Assembly: GCF_006345805.1 (NCBI RefSeq)
Contig: NC_043002.1
Span: forward strand, 113,522,001 to 113,586,000
Direction: 5' to 3'
DNA: 64,000 nt
Origin: Octopus sinensis
Lineage: Eukaryota
Numbering within the stretch: the first letter of the stretch is position 1; each line of letters opens with the position of its first letter. Below, one piece after another: positions 63,774-64,000 of the stretch. The position numbers and the translations under genes were made by a program. A model generated the notes under the pieces. That model did not search any database, was not told the origin of the DNA, and worked only from the letters and a program-made list of their open reading frames with translations.

Positions 63774-63774
<1 letters not shown>
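63470..63774. mobile_element. Penelope-like fold-back element, family P1
   Basis: Palindrome centred on ggctattaaatagcc (63597..63611); the left arm has an internal duplication of about 31 bp; (TA)n flanks. Confidence 0.78.
63612..63674 (+). ncRNA. Type I hammerhead-like ribozyme motif (U4C variant)
   Basis: Sequence identical by eye to 28321..28383. Confidence 0.55.
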
Positions 63775-63830
<56 letters not shown>

Positions 63831-64000
63831 AATTTATATATATGACAGGCTTCTTTCAGTTTCCATCTACCAAATCCACTCACAAGGCTTTGGTCGCCCT
63901 GAGGCTCTAGTAGAAGACACTTGCCCAAGGTGCCACGCAGTTGGGATTGAACTCGGAACCATGTGGTTCATAAGCAAATAACTTACCACACAACCACTCC

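Larger units (their letters stand above)
63205..64000 (-). mobile_element. SINE family B split by fold-back P1 in its internal (TA)n
   Basis: 3' half about 63205..63420; 5' half 63845..64000. Confidence 0.88.

Overview
AT-rich, microsatellite-rich eukaryotic DNA made almost entirely of transposon remains. The SINE families look like those of Octopus (inferred from recognition, not a database search). No intact host gene, tRNA, rRNA or CRISPR array could be supported, and most ORF-track entries are microsatellite or SINE artefacts. Decayed elements read by hand: L1/Tx1-like ORF1 (1-1500) and ORF2 (10760-12990), a complete mariner (2487-3777) plus two fragments, a complete Chapaev3-like element (17458-19538), an RTE 3' end, a Ty3/Gypsy RNase H-integrase remnant, a CR1/L2 3' end, an R4/Dong-like element with restriction-like endonuclease, non-autonomous Helitrons, a piggyBac 5' end, two MITEs and about 35 tRNA-derived SINE copies in five families. 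The most notable signal is four unrelated short fold-back elements (five copies) inserted in (TA)n tracts, three of them inside the internal (TA)n of one SINE family. Each carries a hand-foldable type I minimal hammerhead ribozyme motif with a self-complementary stem III, as known for Penelope-like elements. The cores include a compensatory G3:C8 swap and a recurrent U4C variant. Ribozyme activity is untested inference. Three weak candidate host exons are noted.
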